Below, piece after piece: positions 9,661-19,701 of a stretch of 64,000 bases of DNA. This DNA is from Deltaproteobacteria bacterium (GTDB lineage: Bacteria > Desulfobacterota_D > UBA1144 > Nemesobacterales > CSP1-2): NCBI GenBank assembly GCA_052390235.1, contig JBQTHB010000006.1, positions 128,001-192,000 of the forward strand, given 5' to 3'. Numbering within the stretch: the first letter of the stretch is position 1; each line of letters opens with the position of its first letter. The position numbers and the translations under genes were made by a program. A model generated the notes under the pieces. That model ran no database searches, had not been told where the DNA came from, and saw only the letters and a program-made list of their open reading frames with translations.

Positions 9661-10365
9661 ATGAAAAAATTTGATGAAGAGCTGATACATCTCAAAAAAA
9701 CCCTGCTTCAAATGGCAACATCGGTCGAGGAGATGATGGCAAAAAGCGTAAAATCGCTCCGGGAGAGGAACATGATTCTCGCCGAAGAGGTCATAAAAAG
9801 CGACGACAGAGTCAATAAGATGGAGATTGAAATTGACAGCCTCTGCGTGAGGATATTGGGACTCTATCAGCCCGAAGCCGAGGATCTGCGCACGGTTACG
9901 ATGGTTATGAAGATAAACAACGACCTTGAGAGAATTGGAGACCACTCGGTCAATATCGCCGAAAGCGCCATTTATCTCGCCGATAAGCCCTTGGTAAAAC
10001 CCCTCATTGATATTCCAAGAATGGCTGAGAAAGCCGCCGAGATGCTCAGGGATAGCCTCGAGGCATTCGTCAGTAAAAACGTTGGGCTAGCCATCGAGGT
10101 CTGCAAAAGGGACGACGACGTTGACTCCCTAGAGGCGCAAATCATGAGAGAGCTTATAACCTACATGATAGCCGACCCAAGCACGATAGACCGCGCCCTT
10201 CATTTAATTCTCGTAAGCCGAGATTTAGAGCGCATCGCAGACCTCGCTACGAACATCGCCGAAGACGCTTTCTACATTGGCTCAGGTAAGGTACTCAAGC
10301 ACCACGCCTTTGAAGGCGAGCTGCTGCAGGGAAACTCCCAGGAAGCGCGGAAATCTCCCTCTTAG
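9661..10365 (+). CDS. phoU: Phosphate signalling protein PhoU (start moved to ATG 9661)
   Basis: Two ExxxD repeats (DLERIGDH, DLERIADL); SD GGAGG upstream of ATG 9661. Confidence 0.95.
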   Translation: MKKFDEELIHLKKTLLQMATSVEEMMAKSVKSLRERNMILAEEVIKSDDRVNKMEIEIDSLCVRILGLYQPEAEDLRTVTMVMKINNDLERIGDHSVNIAESAIYLADKPLVKPLIDIPRMAEKAAEMLRDSLEAFVSKNVGLAIEVCKRDDDVDSLEAQIMRELITYMIADPSTIDRALHLILVSRDLERIADLATNIAEDAFYIGSGKVLKHHAFEGELLQGNSQEARKSPS

Positions 10366-10480
10366 GAAGGGCAGTGCCGAGTGAGCGGGGGATAAAAAGG
10401 ATTCTCCCCCGCGCAAATAGAAAAGCGGGGTCGGTGTCCTCTCGACAGCCCCGCCCCTATAGGCAATAGATGTGGATAAT

Positions 10481-11362
10481 TCATTTTGAAGCTAAATTCG
10501 TATCTCCCTCGTAATCCCCGTCATCGGCAACTATGACGTTATTGGGAGCTTTCTTTGAACGCTCATAGTGAGATAGAGCCTCAGGCATCCATTTCTTTAA
10601 ATTGGCTATTCTCGTCCCTGAGCCGGGATGCGTTGAGAGGAATTGAGGGGGTCTGGGCTTATTTTTGGTAGCCGCCTCCATTCTCTCCCAGAACGCTACG
10701 GCATCCCTTGGGTCATAGCCCGCCTTCGCCATATAAATTAGACCTATTTTATCGGCTTCGGTCTCCTGATTGCGTCCGAAGGGGAGTATAACGCCGACAC
10801 CAACGCCGATGCCGAAAGCCTGCATCAGGGCGTTAACGGCATCCGGGTCCCTGTTCTTGAGCGCCAAGCTGAGTCCCACAGCCCCAAGCTGAGCCAAAAT
10901 CCCCGCCGAGACTCTCTCCGCCCCGTGATTTGCCGCAACGTGTCCAACCTCGTGGGCAAGCACCGTGGCAAGCCCGGCGTCGGTCTTGGCAATGGACAGA
11001 ATGCCCGTATATACGCCTATTTTGCCTCCGGGAAGGGCAAAGGCGTTTATTGTGTCGTCGCCGTCTATGACTTTATATTCCCAGTTATATTTCGGGGTTT
11101 CAGCCAGCGCCGTGATTCGAGACGCCACCCTTCTTACGGCTTCGTTGTATCTGGAATTACTCGATACCCTCTCTTTTTGGATTACCTCCTGAAAAGCCGT
11201 AGCCCCCATGAGGTCAGCCTGTTCACGAGGGATAATAATAAACTGGTTACGCCCTGTTACCGGAGCCTGATAGCAATTCACAAACGCAAGCGCTCCGGTC
11301 AGGAAAACAACCAAAGCGATGACAGATTTTAATATCCAAGCGGATTTTCGTGCTTTATTCAT
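10481..11362 (-). CDS. M48 family zinc metallopeptidase, probable lipoprotein
   Basis: NAFALPGG, HEVGH, ETEAD, AGYDP and FLSTHP motifs. Confidence 0.93.
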   Translation of the reverse strand: MNKARKSAWILKSVIALVVFLTGALAFVNCYQAPVTGRNQFIIIPREQADLMGATAFQEVIQKERVSSNSRYNEAVRRVASRITALAETPKYNWEYKVIDGDDTINAFALPGGKIGVYTGILSIAKTDAGLATVLAHEVGHVAANHGAERVSAGILAQLGAVGLSLALKNRDPDAVNALMQAFGIGVGVGVILPFGRNQETEADKIGLIYMAKAGYDPRDAVAFWERMEAATKNKPRPPQFLSTHPGSGTRIANLKKWMPEALSHYERSKKAPNNVIVADDGDYEGDTNLASK

Positions 11363-11465
11363 CCTAGAGCCACCGTCCTTGAGGATTTATTTCCACAGCG
11401 CCGCAGCGTGCTTTGAACATAAACTGCACGAGCCGAATTTAAGTTTCAACCCCGTATATCCGAGC

Positions 11466-13049
11466 CTAAAAAATTCTCCGCACCGTTATTTGATGAGACG
11501 CCGTATTGCCCGATGAATCCGTAGCCACGGCTCTTATCGTGTGCAATCCGATGGACGGATTCCAAGTGGTCGCGTAAGGGGCTGAGGCATCTGTTGCAAG
11601 CAATTTGCCGTTGACAGAGAACTCAACCCTAGCCACAGAGATGTTATCCGAAGCTGCTGCGGAAATGGTCTTGGCTCTGCCGCCGGTAAAACTCGAACCC
11701 CCAGCGGGCTGAGTTATCGTTACCGCGGGAGGGGTCAGGTCCACAACAGGCTCTGGGGTAGGCGTAGGCGTGGGGTCAGGGACGCTATCAATGGCATCAT
11801 CCGAGCCTCCCCCCGCCGCTTCAATCGCGGTGAGGGCGTTGACCCTTCCTGCGCCGAAGAGGGAGTCAAACCCCTGAGAGCCGATGTCGTCGGCTGTGTC
11901 TCGGATGAGCTTGGCGAGGGCGGCATTGGACAGAGAGGGGCTGTGAGACCAGATAAGACCGGCGAGTCCCGCGGTAATAGGAGCGGAAAAGGACGTTCCG
12001 CTTACGGTAATGTAGGAGGAATTTCTCCAAGTGGTTCTAATCGAGACTCCGGGGGCGGCGATGTCAACGAAATTTCCGAATGTCGAGAAAGAGGCGAGAC
12101 CATCCCCCGAATCCGTCGCCGAGACTGCAAGCACGTTCGCCCTTGCCGCAGGGCAGTGAACAGAGTTATCTCCGCTATTTCCCGCCGCCGCAATGATTAG
12201 CGCTCCGCTTGCCCATGCGTCATTTAAGGCGTTCTGCTCGCTCGAAGAGCTGCTGCACGAGCCGCCAAGACTCAGATTTATTATCACCCGCTTGCTGGGA
12301 TTGGCCCGGGCGTAATCCGCCACATAGCTTATCCCCTCAATAATATCAAAGAGCGTCCCAGAGCCGCCGTCGCTTAAAACCTTTACCGGAAGCACAGAGC
12401 ATCCCCAGCAGACCCCTGCGACTCCTATCGAGTTATTGGTCTTTGCGGCGGCAGAGCCGGCTACGCCCGTTCCATGACCATTCGCATCGCTGGTGTTTGT
12501 GTTTGAAGATGAGCCTACGAAATTTCTCCCCGTAAGCCCCTTACCGCTTAGGTCGGGATGATTCGACTGCACTCCAGTATCCAGAACGGCGATGACAACC
12601 GAGGGATTGCCGGTTTCGATATTCCACGCCTGCGTAGCTTGAATTCTCGCATGATGGTACTGAGCGCCAAAATTCGGGTCATTCGGGGTCAAGAGAGCCT
12701 CGCGCAGATAATTTCTCTCCACAAATTCCACGTTTGGACTGCGCCCAAGCCTCTCCTCCAGAGCGTCGAGAAGAAGCCCGTTTGGAATTTGAACCAAAAT
12801 GAGGTTATACCTAGCAACTGCCCCCAAGAGCGAGAGCCGGTTTTGCAGGAGCATAGCGCGCAAATCCGATTCGCCAGTGCGGGGTTTTAATTTAATAATT
12901 AGCTGCCCCTCAGCAAAATCCCTTTCGGCAGACGAGCTAGGAGAGACGAAACCGGTAACGACAAGCGCGGTAATAAATAAAAAGAGAGCAGATTTCCTCA
13001 ATTGACTAAACCTCCCAAAATTAAGGGTATCAAAGGGGGTTATCCCCAC
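11466..13049 (-). CDS. Secreted S8 subtilisin-like protease with prodomain and C-terminal Ig-like domain (start uncertain)
   Basis: Catalytic triad VLDTG, HGTGVAG, GTSFSAP; PT-rich linker then DLTPPAVTITQP...ATDSSGN Ig-like module. Confidence 0.93.
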   Translation of the reverse strand: MGITPFDTLNFGRFSQLRKSALFLFITALVVTGFVSPSSSAERDFAEGQLIIKLKPRTGESDLRAMLLQNRLSLLGAVARYNLILVQIPNGLLLDALEERLGRSPNVEFVERNYLREALLTPNDPNFGAQYHHARIQATQAWNIETGNPSVVIAVLDTGVQSNHPDLSGKGLTGRNFVGSSSNTNTSDANGHGTGVAGSAAAKTNNSIGVAGVCWGCSVLPVKVLSDGGSGTLFDIIEGISYVADYARANPSKRVIINLSLGGSCSSSSSEQNALNDAWASGALIIAAAGNSGDNSVHCPAARANVLAVSATDSGDGLASFSTFGNFVDIAAPGVSIRTTWRNSSYITVSGTSFSAPITAGLAGLIWSHSPSLSNAALAKLIRDTADDIGSQGFDSLFGAGRVNALTAIEAAGGGSDDAIDSVPDPTPTPTPEPVVDLTPPAVTITQPAGGSSFTGGRAKTISAAASDNISVARVEFSVNGKLLATDASAPYATTWNPSIGLHTIRAVATDSSGNTASHQITVRRIF

Positions 13050-13213
13050 CCCACCTTGTGTACTGCGCCCCCCTCGGAAGATACGGACTACAACCTAAAT
13101 ATTACGAATGTAGGGGCAGTTTGCAAGCCTGAATTTATTGGGGGGGGCAGAGACGCAATTATTAGCAGAGCGGGGGAAATTTTTATGAAGCCGCCTGCCG
13201 CTGTAGAGGCAAT

Positions 13214-14734
13214 TTATAAATTTAGCTCTGCGAGTTGGCATCCTTGCTCGGAAATCGAGATAATCCTGCCATCGCCGATGAAGACGGAGGTGAAATTGCA
13301 CACCGCCCCGCTAGTCCACTCCACGGCGATGTTTACCTGCGTGAGAGAGCCTATGCCGAAATGGAGCGGGAGCATATCCTGCTCGCAGCACCCCTTCCCG
13401 CCCGACACTGACCGTATCTGGCTTCCGGCAGACGTGGTAATTTGAACCCTTGAGCCGATGGCAGATGCGTTTGTGGCATCGCCGTCGCCAACCAATTTCA
13501 CGATGACGTAGTTATTGGAGTTGCCGCCGTTATCGGCAAGCGCCTCGCCTAAATGCCCGTTTAGGAATGCGTCCATGAATCCGTCGTTGTTGTAATCCCC
13601 CCAAGGCGCGGCGAAGACATCCATCGGGGAGTCAATATCGGCTTCGGGGGCAACGTCTTCAAATTCGCCTCCGCCGAGGTTTCTAAAGAGCCTCGATGGG
13701 TTTAAGTGGTTCGTCGTAAAGAGGTCAACCCTTCCATCGGCATCAAAATCCACCCAAGCGCAGGTTCTGCCGTCGCCTACGTCGGCGGTGCCGGTCTGAG
13801 CGGTAACGTCGGTGAAAGCGCCGTCGCCGTCGTTTCTATAAAGGGCGTTTCTCACGGGAGTGTTGTCGAATATATTTACGACGTAGAGGTCAAGCAAGCC
13901 ATCTGCGTTATAATCTCCGACGCATGAGGCAACTGAGTTCCAGCCGGAATCCCCGCCCAAGCCGGATGTTGCCGTAGCGTTGGTAAACGTGCCGTCGCCA
14001 TCGCCGAGGTAAAACACGTTAATACCGTTGTTTGCCAAGAACAGGTCCTCAGAGCCGTCATTGTCGGCATCGAACCAAATGGCGGCGTTGGATTGGAAGG
14101 ACTGCCCAATACCGCTCAATGCGGATACCTCATCAAAGGTCTCGTTCCCGTTGTTTAGATATAGAAGCGACTCGCCCAAGTTGGATTGGAAGAGGTCAAG
14201 CAAACCATCGCCGTCGAAGTCAACCCAAAGGGTGTGGCTCACGATACCGAACTCCGTCAGCCCAGCCTCGTCGGATATTTCATCGAAAACGCCGCCTCCC
14301 ATGTTTCTATAGAGCATCAGAGAGTTTTCAGCCAGAGTCGTGCCGATGATTAAATCGAGAAGCCCGTCGTTGTTGAAATCCCCCCAAGAGGCGCTTCTAA
14401 GGGGCATATCGGCGATGCCTGATGCGGCGGTTACGTCGGTGAAAGCCCCGCTACAATTATTCCTGAATAGAAACACGTTTACGGAGGAAGAAGAGTCGGC
14501 ATTGCCTACGATTAAATCCTGGCAGTTGTCATTATTAAAATCCCCCCAAGAGGCGGTCTGGCCAAGTATCCCGACGTCGCCTATCATTGCGCCGGGTATG
14601 ACGTTCGTGAACGAGGGAATCTCGACTGAGCCGCCACCGTCCCCATCGCCGTCTGGATTGCTGAATTCAATATCCACGCATGAAGCGAGCAGGAGAAATG
14701 TCAATAAAATGAAAAAATGGCGCGCCGATGTCAA
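13214..14734 (-). CDS. FG-GAP repeat / ASPIC-UnbV (CRTAC1-like) lipoprotein
   Basis: Lipobox LLASC; repeated WGDFNNDGLLDL-type motifs; C-terminal NASAIGSRV...LHFGIG UnbV-like domain. Confidence 0.9.
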   Translation of the reverse strand: MTSARHFFILLTFLLLASCVDIEFSNPDGDGDGGGSVEIPSFTNVIPGAMIGDVGILGQTASWGDFNNDNCQDLIVGNADSSSSVNVFLFRNNCSGAFTDVTAASGIADMPLRSASWGDFNNDGLLDLIIGTTLAENSLMLYRNMGGGVFDEISDEAGLTEFGIVSHTLWVDFDGDGLLDLFQSNLGESLLYLNNGNETFDEVSALSGIGQSFQSNAAIWFDADNDGSEDLFLANNGINVFYLGDGDGTFTNATATSGLGGDSGWNSVASCVGDYNADGLLDLYVVNIFDNTPVRNALYRNDGDGAFTDVTAQTGTADVGDGRTCAWVDFDADGRVDLFTTNHLNPSRLFRNLGGGEFEDVAPEADIDSPMDVFAAPWGDYNNDGFMDAFLNGHLGEALADNGGNSNNYVIVKLVGDGDATNASAIGSRVQITTSAGSQIRSVSGGKGCCEQDMLPLHFGIGSLTQVNIAVEWTSGAVCNFTSVFIGDGRIISISEQGCQLAELNL

Positions 14735-14739
14735 TTTGG

Positions 14740-16395
14740 TTAACCCTTTTTTAGATTTTTTACGAGTAAATCCGCCGCCCTGAGACTCAGCGCCTCTATC
14801 GTGAGCGAGGGGGCGTCGCCGCCGCCGGAGGACGGGAAAACGCTTGCGTCCGTTACGAAGAGGTTGGCTATCTCGTGGCTTCTGAGGTCTTGTCCGACGA
14901 CGGATTTCGCTGGGTCTTTGCCCATGCGGCAGGTGCCGAACACGTGGGTCGGGGCAAAGAAATCGTAGGTCGAGAACTCCTCGACTATCTCCCCCGCGCC
15001 AGAGGCTTTGAGAATTTCTTTGGAGGTTTTCGCCATGAAATCGAGCAGTTTAATCTCGGACTCCGCGTTAAAAGACTGAATCTTGGCAAGGGGCGCGCCA
15101 AACTCGTCTTTTTCCTTGTCGCTGACCGTAACGAATGTGTCTTTATTTGGCAGAAATTCGGCTATTCCCCCGATGGCTACGGCATGACCGAACCACTTAT
15201 TTATATCGGCGACAAATTCATCCCCCCAGCCTTTGGAGTAGCGAAGGGCGTAATTAAGCGGCCCCGTCGCGCTTCCAACCGTGGGGAAGAGCCTGAGTCC
15301 GCCTTTTAAGCCCGATTTTTTATCCTTCGGCTCGTTCCACTTCCACACCACGCTGTCAATTGGGATTCCCCTGTAGGAGTCAACCCTCTCAGGGTGAAAA
15401 GCCACGGCCTGATAGAAAACCGTCTCCATAAAATTGCGCCCAACCGCTCCTTCGCCCTTTATGCCGGAGTTCAGAAGCAGCCTTGGGGTCTCAATGGCTC
15501 CGCAGGCGACGGCTATAAAATCGGCTTCGGCAAAGCTCTCTTTCCCGCTTTTATCAAAATAGTAAACCCCGCGGGCTTTTTGCCCCGTCGGTTTTTTTTC
15601 TACCTCGATTCTCCTGGCAAAAGCCCCTGTCAGAATCTCGCACTTGCCGGTTTTCTCCAGAAGCGGGATAAACGTAACGTCAACGCTCCCTTTGTCCTTT
15701 CTCGGACACCCCCAGGTGCATCCATTACAGTAGTTGCAGGGGGGGGTACCGCGATAAGGGGCAGACAGAATAGCCACTGTATTCGGGGTGAGAGACAGTC
15801 CGAGCTTTTTGCATCCCCTTTGAATCACCTGACTGGCGTAGCTGAGCTTATGAGCCGGAAGCGGATAGGGAGCGGCGCGTGGGCGATTTGGAAGCGCGCC
15901 TTCGGGTCCCGCCACGCCTAGTATTTTCTCAACCTCGGTGTAATAAGGCTCAAGGTCTCCGTAGCCGATGGGCCAATCCTCGGCGACGCCAAAGAGGGAT
16001 TTCATGCGGAATGCGCTTTGGCTCAGGCGATGAGCCTCGCCTTGGAAGTGGAGAGTGGCGCCTCCCAAGCCGGATACGTGCTGATAGGCGGCGTATTTTC
16101 TGGTCTTTTGGTTGTTAAATTTACCCGAAGCCTTGTTCCAAGATTTTAGATGCTCGAATTTATCGTCGAGCGGCTGAGCCTCGCCATAGACTTGGCGAAT
16201 GGAACTGGAATGGGGAAATGTCTTTAGCTCCCAGTCGTTTTGAGAGAGCGGATAATCCCTATAGGGGTCAAAGCGGCCTCCCGCTTCGAGAAGGAGAACG
16301 TCCATGCCCCGGGATGCGAGCCTCCATGCGAAGGGGGCGCCCCCGGGTCCCGAGCCTATAACTACGCAGTCATATTTCTTTTTTTTCTGAGCCAT
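14740..16395 (-). CDS. GMC family flavoprotein oxidoreductase (gluconate 2-dehydrogenase alpha-like)
   Basis: GSGPGG FAD site, DWPIGYGDLEPYY, CNYCNGCTWGC Fe-S motif, HVFGTCRMG; no signal peptide. Confidence 0.92.
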   Translation of the reverse strand: MAQKKKKYDCVVIGSGPGGAPFAWRLASRGMDVLLLEAGGRFDPYRDYPLSQNDWELKTFPHSSSIRQVYGEAQPLDDKFEHLKSWNKASGKFNNQKTRKYAAYQHVSGLGGATLHFQGEAHRLSQSAFRMKSLFGVAEDWPIGYGDLEPYYTEVEKILGVAGPEGALPNRPRAAPYPLPAHKLSYASQVIQRGCKKLGLSLTPNTVAILSAPYRGTPPCNYCNGCTWGCPRKDKGSVDVTFIPLLEKTGKCEILTGAFARRIEVEKKPTGQKARGVYYFDKSGKESFAEADFIAVACGAIETPRLLLNSGIKGEGAVGRNFMETVFYQAVAFHPERVDSYRGIPIDSVVWKWNEPKDKKSGLKGGLRLFPTVGSATGPLNYALRYSKGWGDEFVADINKWFGHAVAIGGIAEFLPNKDTFVTVSDKEKDEFGAPLAKIQSFNAESEIKLLDFMAKTSKEILKASGAGEIVEEFSTYDFFAPTHVFGTCRMGKDPAKSVVGQDLRSHEIANLFVTDASVFPSSGGGDAPSLTIEALSLRAADLLVKNLKKG

Positions 16396-16642
16396 TTTTG
16401 AACCGTCGTAATATAATGGAACTATTATACAGTGTCAATTTCGTGGTTTCTCGCCTTTTTTGCTATCGGCTACTTAAAATTACAAATGCGCTTTCTTAAG
16501 ATGCCACCGCTTTTGCCGCTCATGGTGAGATACTAGCTCGGAGTCGGAAGCGGGATGGGGGCAACTTTAAATTTCTTGAATTCGCCGAATTACTCAGTTA
16601 CATTTTTGCCAGCTAACGATATTTTTCGGAGGAATTAACATT

Positions 16643-17422
16643 ATGAAGAAATTCTTATCGCTCCTTTTGGTCTCCCTAGTAGTTTTTTCGGGATGCCAGA
16701 GCGCAAAAAAAAGTGAAGAAGCCGCAGTTGAGAACGGGTCTGAAAAGAAGGAGATTAACCAGAAGGTAGTAGCCCGGGTAAATGGACGCCCAATTTACGA
16801 GAATTCAGTCAGAGGCAAGGGGTTTGATGAAGTCATAACCGATGAGATTTTATATGAAGTGGGGCTGAAAAGAGGCGTGGATAAAGAGATTCAAGAGGAG
16901 GTAGAAGAATACCAAAAGAGGCTGATACTCGCTAAAATCAAAAGACCCCTTATTCTCGGAACTCCCAAAGACAAAACCATAACCGATGAAGAAATTGACA
17001 AATACTACAAGGACAATGAAGCCAAATATACCATCGTCAATCTAAAGGAAGTAAGCACGAGAGATAAAGCCGCCGCCGAGCAGATACACAGGAAAGCGCT
17101 TGAAGGAGGGGATTTGGAGCAAATCGCCTCTGAAGCCGGCGCTCAGGTGAAGGATCTGAGATATAACAGAAAGCACTCGCATTTATTCGTCGGCAAACCC
17201 GACGGCGCGATAAGCGAGGTCATAGCCGAGAGGAGCGAGTTCAAAGTGCTAAAACTAGTGGAAACAAAAAAAATTGAACCCGAAAAGGCGAGGCAGTCCA
17301 TAGTATATGCAATTATGGCGCTCAAGAGGGACGAAGCCGTCAATCAAAAGGCTCAGGAACTAATGAAAGAAAACAACATTACAGTCGAAATCCTAGAACG
17401 ACCAAAAGATGAAACCAACTAG
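16643..17422 (+). CDS. PrsA/PpiC-like peptidyl-prolyl isomerase (foldase) lipoprotein
   Basis: Lipobox FSGC; VVARVNGRPI, ITDEEIDKYYKDN and GAISEVI...FKVLKLVE parvulin-like segments. Confidence 0.75.
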   Translation: MKKFLSLLLVSLVVFSGCQSAKKSEEAAVENGSEKKEINQKVVARVNGRPIYENSVRGKGFDEVITDEILYEVGLKRGVDKEIQEEVEEYQKRLILAKIKRPLILGTPKDKTITDEEIDKYYKDNEAKYTIVNLKEVSTRDKAAAEQIHRKALEGGDLEQIASEAGAQVKDLRYNRKHSHLFVGKPDGAISEVIAERSEFKVLKLVETKKIEPEKARQSIVYAIMALKRDEAVNQKAQELMKENNITVEILERPKDETN

Positions 17423-17954
17423 AAGAAACTTCATAAAAACCGTAGCCTACGGCATTGCGGCGACCGAAATCGCCGTGAGCCTTCCGGTTAGCGTCTTCGC
17501 CAAGCCCGCCGCCTACGACAACGGAATCGAGATTGAAAAGGGGTTCCGGGTCCTTAACGCGGATACGCAGAAAACCATGGAAGCCCTTGCCGACGCCATT
17601 GTGCCGGGGGCGAAGAAAACGGGCATACACCCGCTTCTTATGGGCTACTTCTCGAAAGACCCGGGCTTTTCGCTAGCCGGATTCGTTGACGCCGGTCTTT
17701 GGAATTTGGATACCGTATCGAAGACGTATTTTAAAACCCCTTTCTACGACCTCGTCAAAAGAGAAGATAGGAAACAGGCGGTCGAACACATCATCAAAGG
17801 GAACACGGTGTTTTTCCTCAACTTCAGGGAAATCGTCGTAAAACTCCACTACACCAACCCTTTGGTGTGGAAAACCCTATCCTTCTCAGGGCCGCCTCAG
17901 CCCCAGGGATATATGGACTACGCCTCGCCCCCAGCGAAACGGCCGAAAAAGTAG
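17409..17954 (+). CDS. Tat-exported gluconate 2-dehydrogenase subunit 3-like protein
   Basis: Twin-arginine signal TRRNFIK; LADAIVPGA and HYTNP..W..LSFSGP motifs. Confidence 0.8.
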   Translation: MKPTRRNFIKTVAYGIAATEIAVSLPVSVFAKPAAYDNGIEIEKGFRVLNADTQKTMEALADAIVPGAKKTGIHPLLMGYFSKDPGFSLAGFVDAGLWNLDTVSKTYFKTPFYDLVKREDRKQAVEHIIKGNTVFFLNFREIVVKLHYTNPLVWKTLSFSGPPQPQGYMDYASPPAKRPKK

Positions 17955-18101
17955 CTCCGAGGATACTAGTTTCAGCCTGTCTTTATCGCGTCCTCCGCGA
18001 GGCGTCTTTTTTTTCGCTCCCTGAATCCGATAATTTTCCCTGAATCTATTTTTCGTTGCAATCATCAATAGATAGAAGTCAATTTGACGGAGGCAGAGGC
18101 G

Positions 18102-19529
18102 ATGAGCGATTACGACATAGCTGTAATTGGCGGCGGAGCGGCGGGACTAACCGTGGCAAGCGGCGCGGTAAAATTCGGACTGCGAGTAGCCCTTATCGAA
18201 AAAGAGAAGCTCGGCGGGGACTGCCTATACTACGGATGCGTGCCTAGCAAAACCCTAATTCACTCCGCCAAAGTAGCCTCTCTCATCAGGCGCGCCAAAG
18301 AGTTCGGGTTGGACGAGACGCCCCTTTCCTTCAACTTTGCAAACGTCATGAGCCACGTCCACGAGGTAATCCAAAAAATTGGGGTCAACGACGACCCGGA
18401 GAGATTCAGAAAAATGGGCGTGGACGTCATATCCGGCGACCCGAAATTCATATCCTCCAAGGAAATAGAGATTAATGGACGGAGGATAAAAAGCAGGAAA
18501 TTCGTGATTTCAACCGGCTCAAGGTCTTTTACGCCCCCGATAGAAGGGCTGAAGGAGACGGGGTTTTTATCAAACGTCGAGCTGTTTCATACGACAACAC
18601 TCCCGAAATCCCTCGCCGTAATAGGGGCGGGACCTATTGGTCTTGAGATGGCTCAGGCATTTGCAAGATTCGGCTCACAGGTAACCGTAGTGGAGCTTCT
18701 GGGCCGCATCCTGGCAGTTGAGGACGAAGACATAGCCACTGAACTCGAAGCGCATCTCGCCAAAGATGGGGTGAAATTCCTCACCTCGGCTAGGGCGAAG
18801 AGAGTCTATTCCGAGAACGGGCAAAAGGTCGTCGTCTGCGAGAGGGGGGGAGAGGAAATCTTCATTAGAAGCGATGAAATACTGGTTGCCGTGGGGAGAA
18901 TTCCTAATGTCGAGGGGCTGAATCTCGAAGCCGCCGGAGTCGAATACAACCGCAAGGGAATCGTCGTGAGCGAAACACTACAGACAACGGCGAAAAACAT
19001 CTGGGCTTGCGGAGACGTTGCGGGACCCTATCTGTTCACGCACATGGCTGAGAATCAGGCAGGAGTGGTCGTGAGAAACGCCGTGCTTGGACTCCCCACA
19101 AAAGTAGATTACTCCCTAGTTCCTTGGACGACTTTCACCGACCCTGAGGTCGCCCACGCGGGCATGAGTGAAACTGAGGCAAAGAAAAAGGGAATCAAGT
19201 ACGAGGTCTATAAACGCCACTATGGGGATGTTGACAGGGCAGTTACGGAGGTCGAGGGAAACGGCTTCGTGAAAATTCTCACCACCGGCTGGAAAGGAAA
19301 AATTATCGGAGCGCAGATAATAGGCCCAAACGCTGGGGAACTCCTGCCGGAGCTTGCTCTGGCAATACGCAAGGGATTCACGGTAAAAGAGATTTCATCC
19401 ACGATTCACCCGTATCCAACGCTCGCGCTCGGCACTCGGCAGGCGACGGATATGTACTTCCGCAAGAAATTTGACTCCTCCCCTTGGCTTCAGAAAGCGC
19501 TTAAATTCATGGCTAAGCTGAGGAATTAG
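18102..19529 (+). CDS. Class I pyridine nucleotide-disulfide oxidoreductase (MerA/Lpd-like, specificity unknown)
   Basis: GGGAAG, GGDCLYYGCVPSK, GAGPIGLE, HPYPT; lacks the MerA C-terminal Cys-Cys. Confidence 0.85.
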   Translation: MSDYDIAVIGGGAAGLTVASGAVKFGLRVALIEKEKLGGDCLYYGCVPSKTLIHSAKVASLIRRAKEFGLDETPLSFNFANVMSHVHEVIQKIGVNDDPERFRKMGVDVISGDPKFISSKEIEINGRRIKSRKFVISTGSRSFTPPIEGLKETGFLSNVELFHTTTLPKSLAVIGAGPIGLEMAQAFARFGSQVTVVELLGRILAVEDEDIATELEAHLAKDGVKFLTSARAKRVYSENGQKVVVCERGGEEIFIRSDEILVAVGRIPNVEGLNLEAAGVEYNRKGIVVSETLQTTAKNIWACGDVAGPYLFTHMAENQAGVVVRNAVLGLPTKVDYSLVPWTTFTDPEVAHAGMSETEAKKKGIKYEVYKRHYGDVDRAVTEVEGNGFVKILTTGWKGKIIGAQIIGPNAGELLPELALAIRKGFTVKEISSTIHPYPTLALGTRQATDMYFRKKFDSSPWLQKALKFMAKLRN

Positions 19530-19701
19530 AGCGGTTAACAGGGGATTCTGACCGATTCACGGCGCTATAAATCCCCCGCCCCGCACACGGCTCATACGCC
19601 GAGCTATTACTTTTGCTATGGGCTACCGGAGAAATGCAAGGGGCAGGAGATAGCTTATAGAACGCGCTCTCCCGCCCTTCGCAATTGGCAACACCCGCGA
19701 G

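Noticed and set aside
10366..10460. Twin hairpins after phoU as an ncRNA
   Set aside because: Their position between convergent genes is adequately explained by termination
13214..14734. Periodic repeats resembling an array
   Set aside because: They are degenerate coding FG-GAP repeats, not a CRISPR or other non-coding array
18102..19529. Mercuric reductase (merA)
   Set aside because: No C-terminal Cys-Cys pair, no NmerA domain and no mer genes nearby
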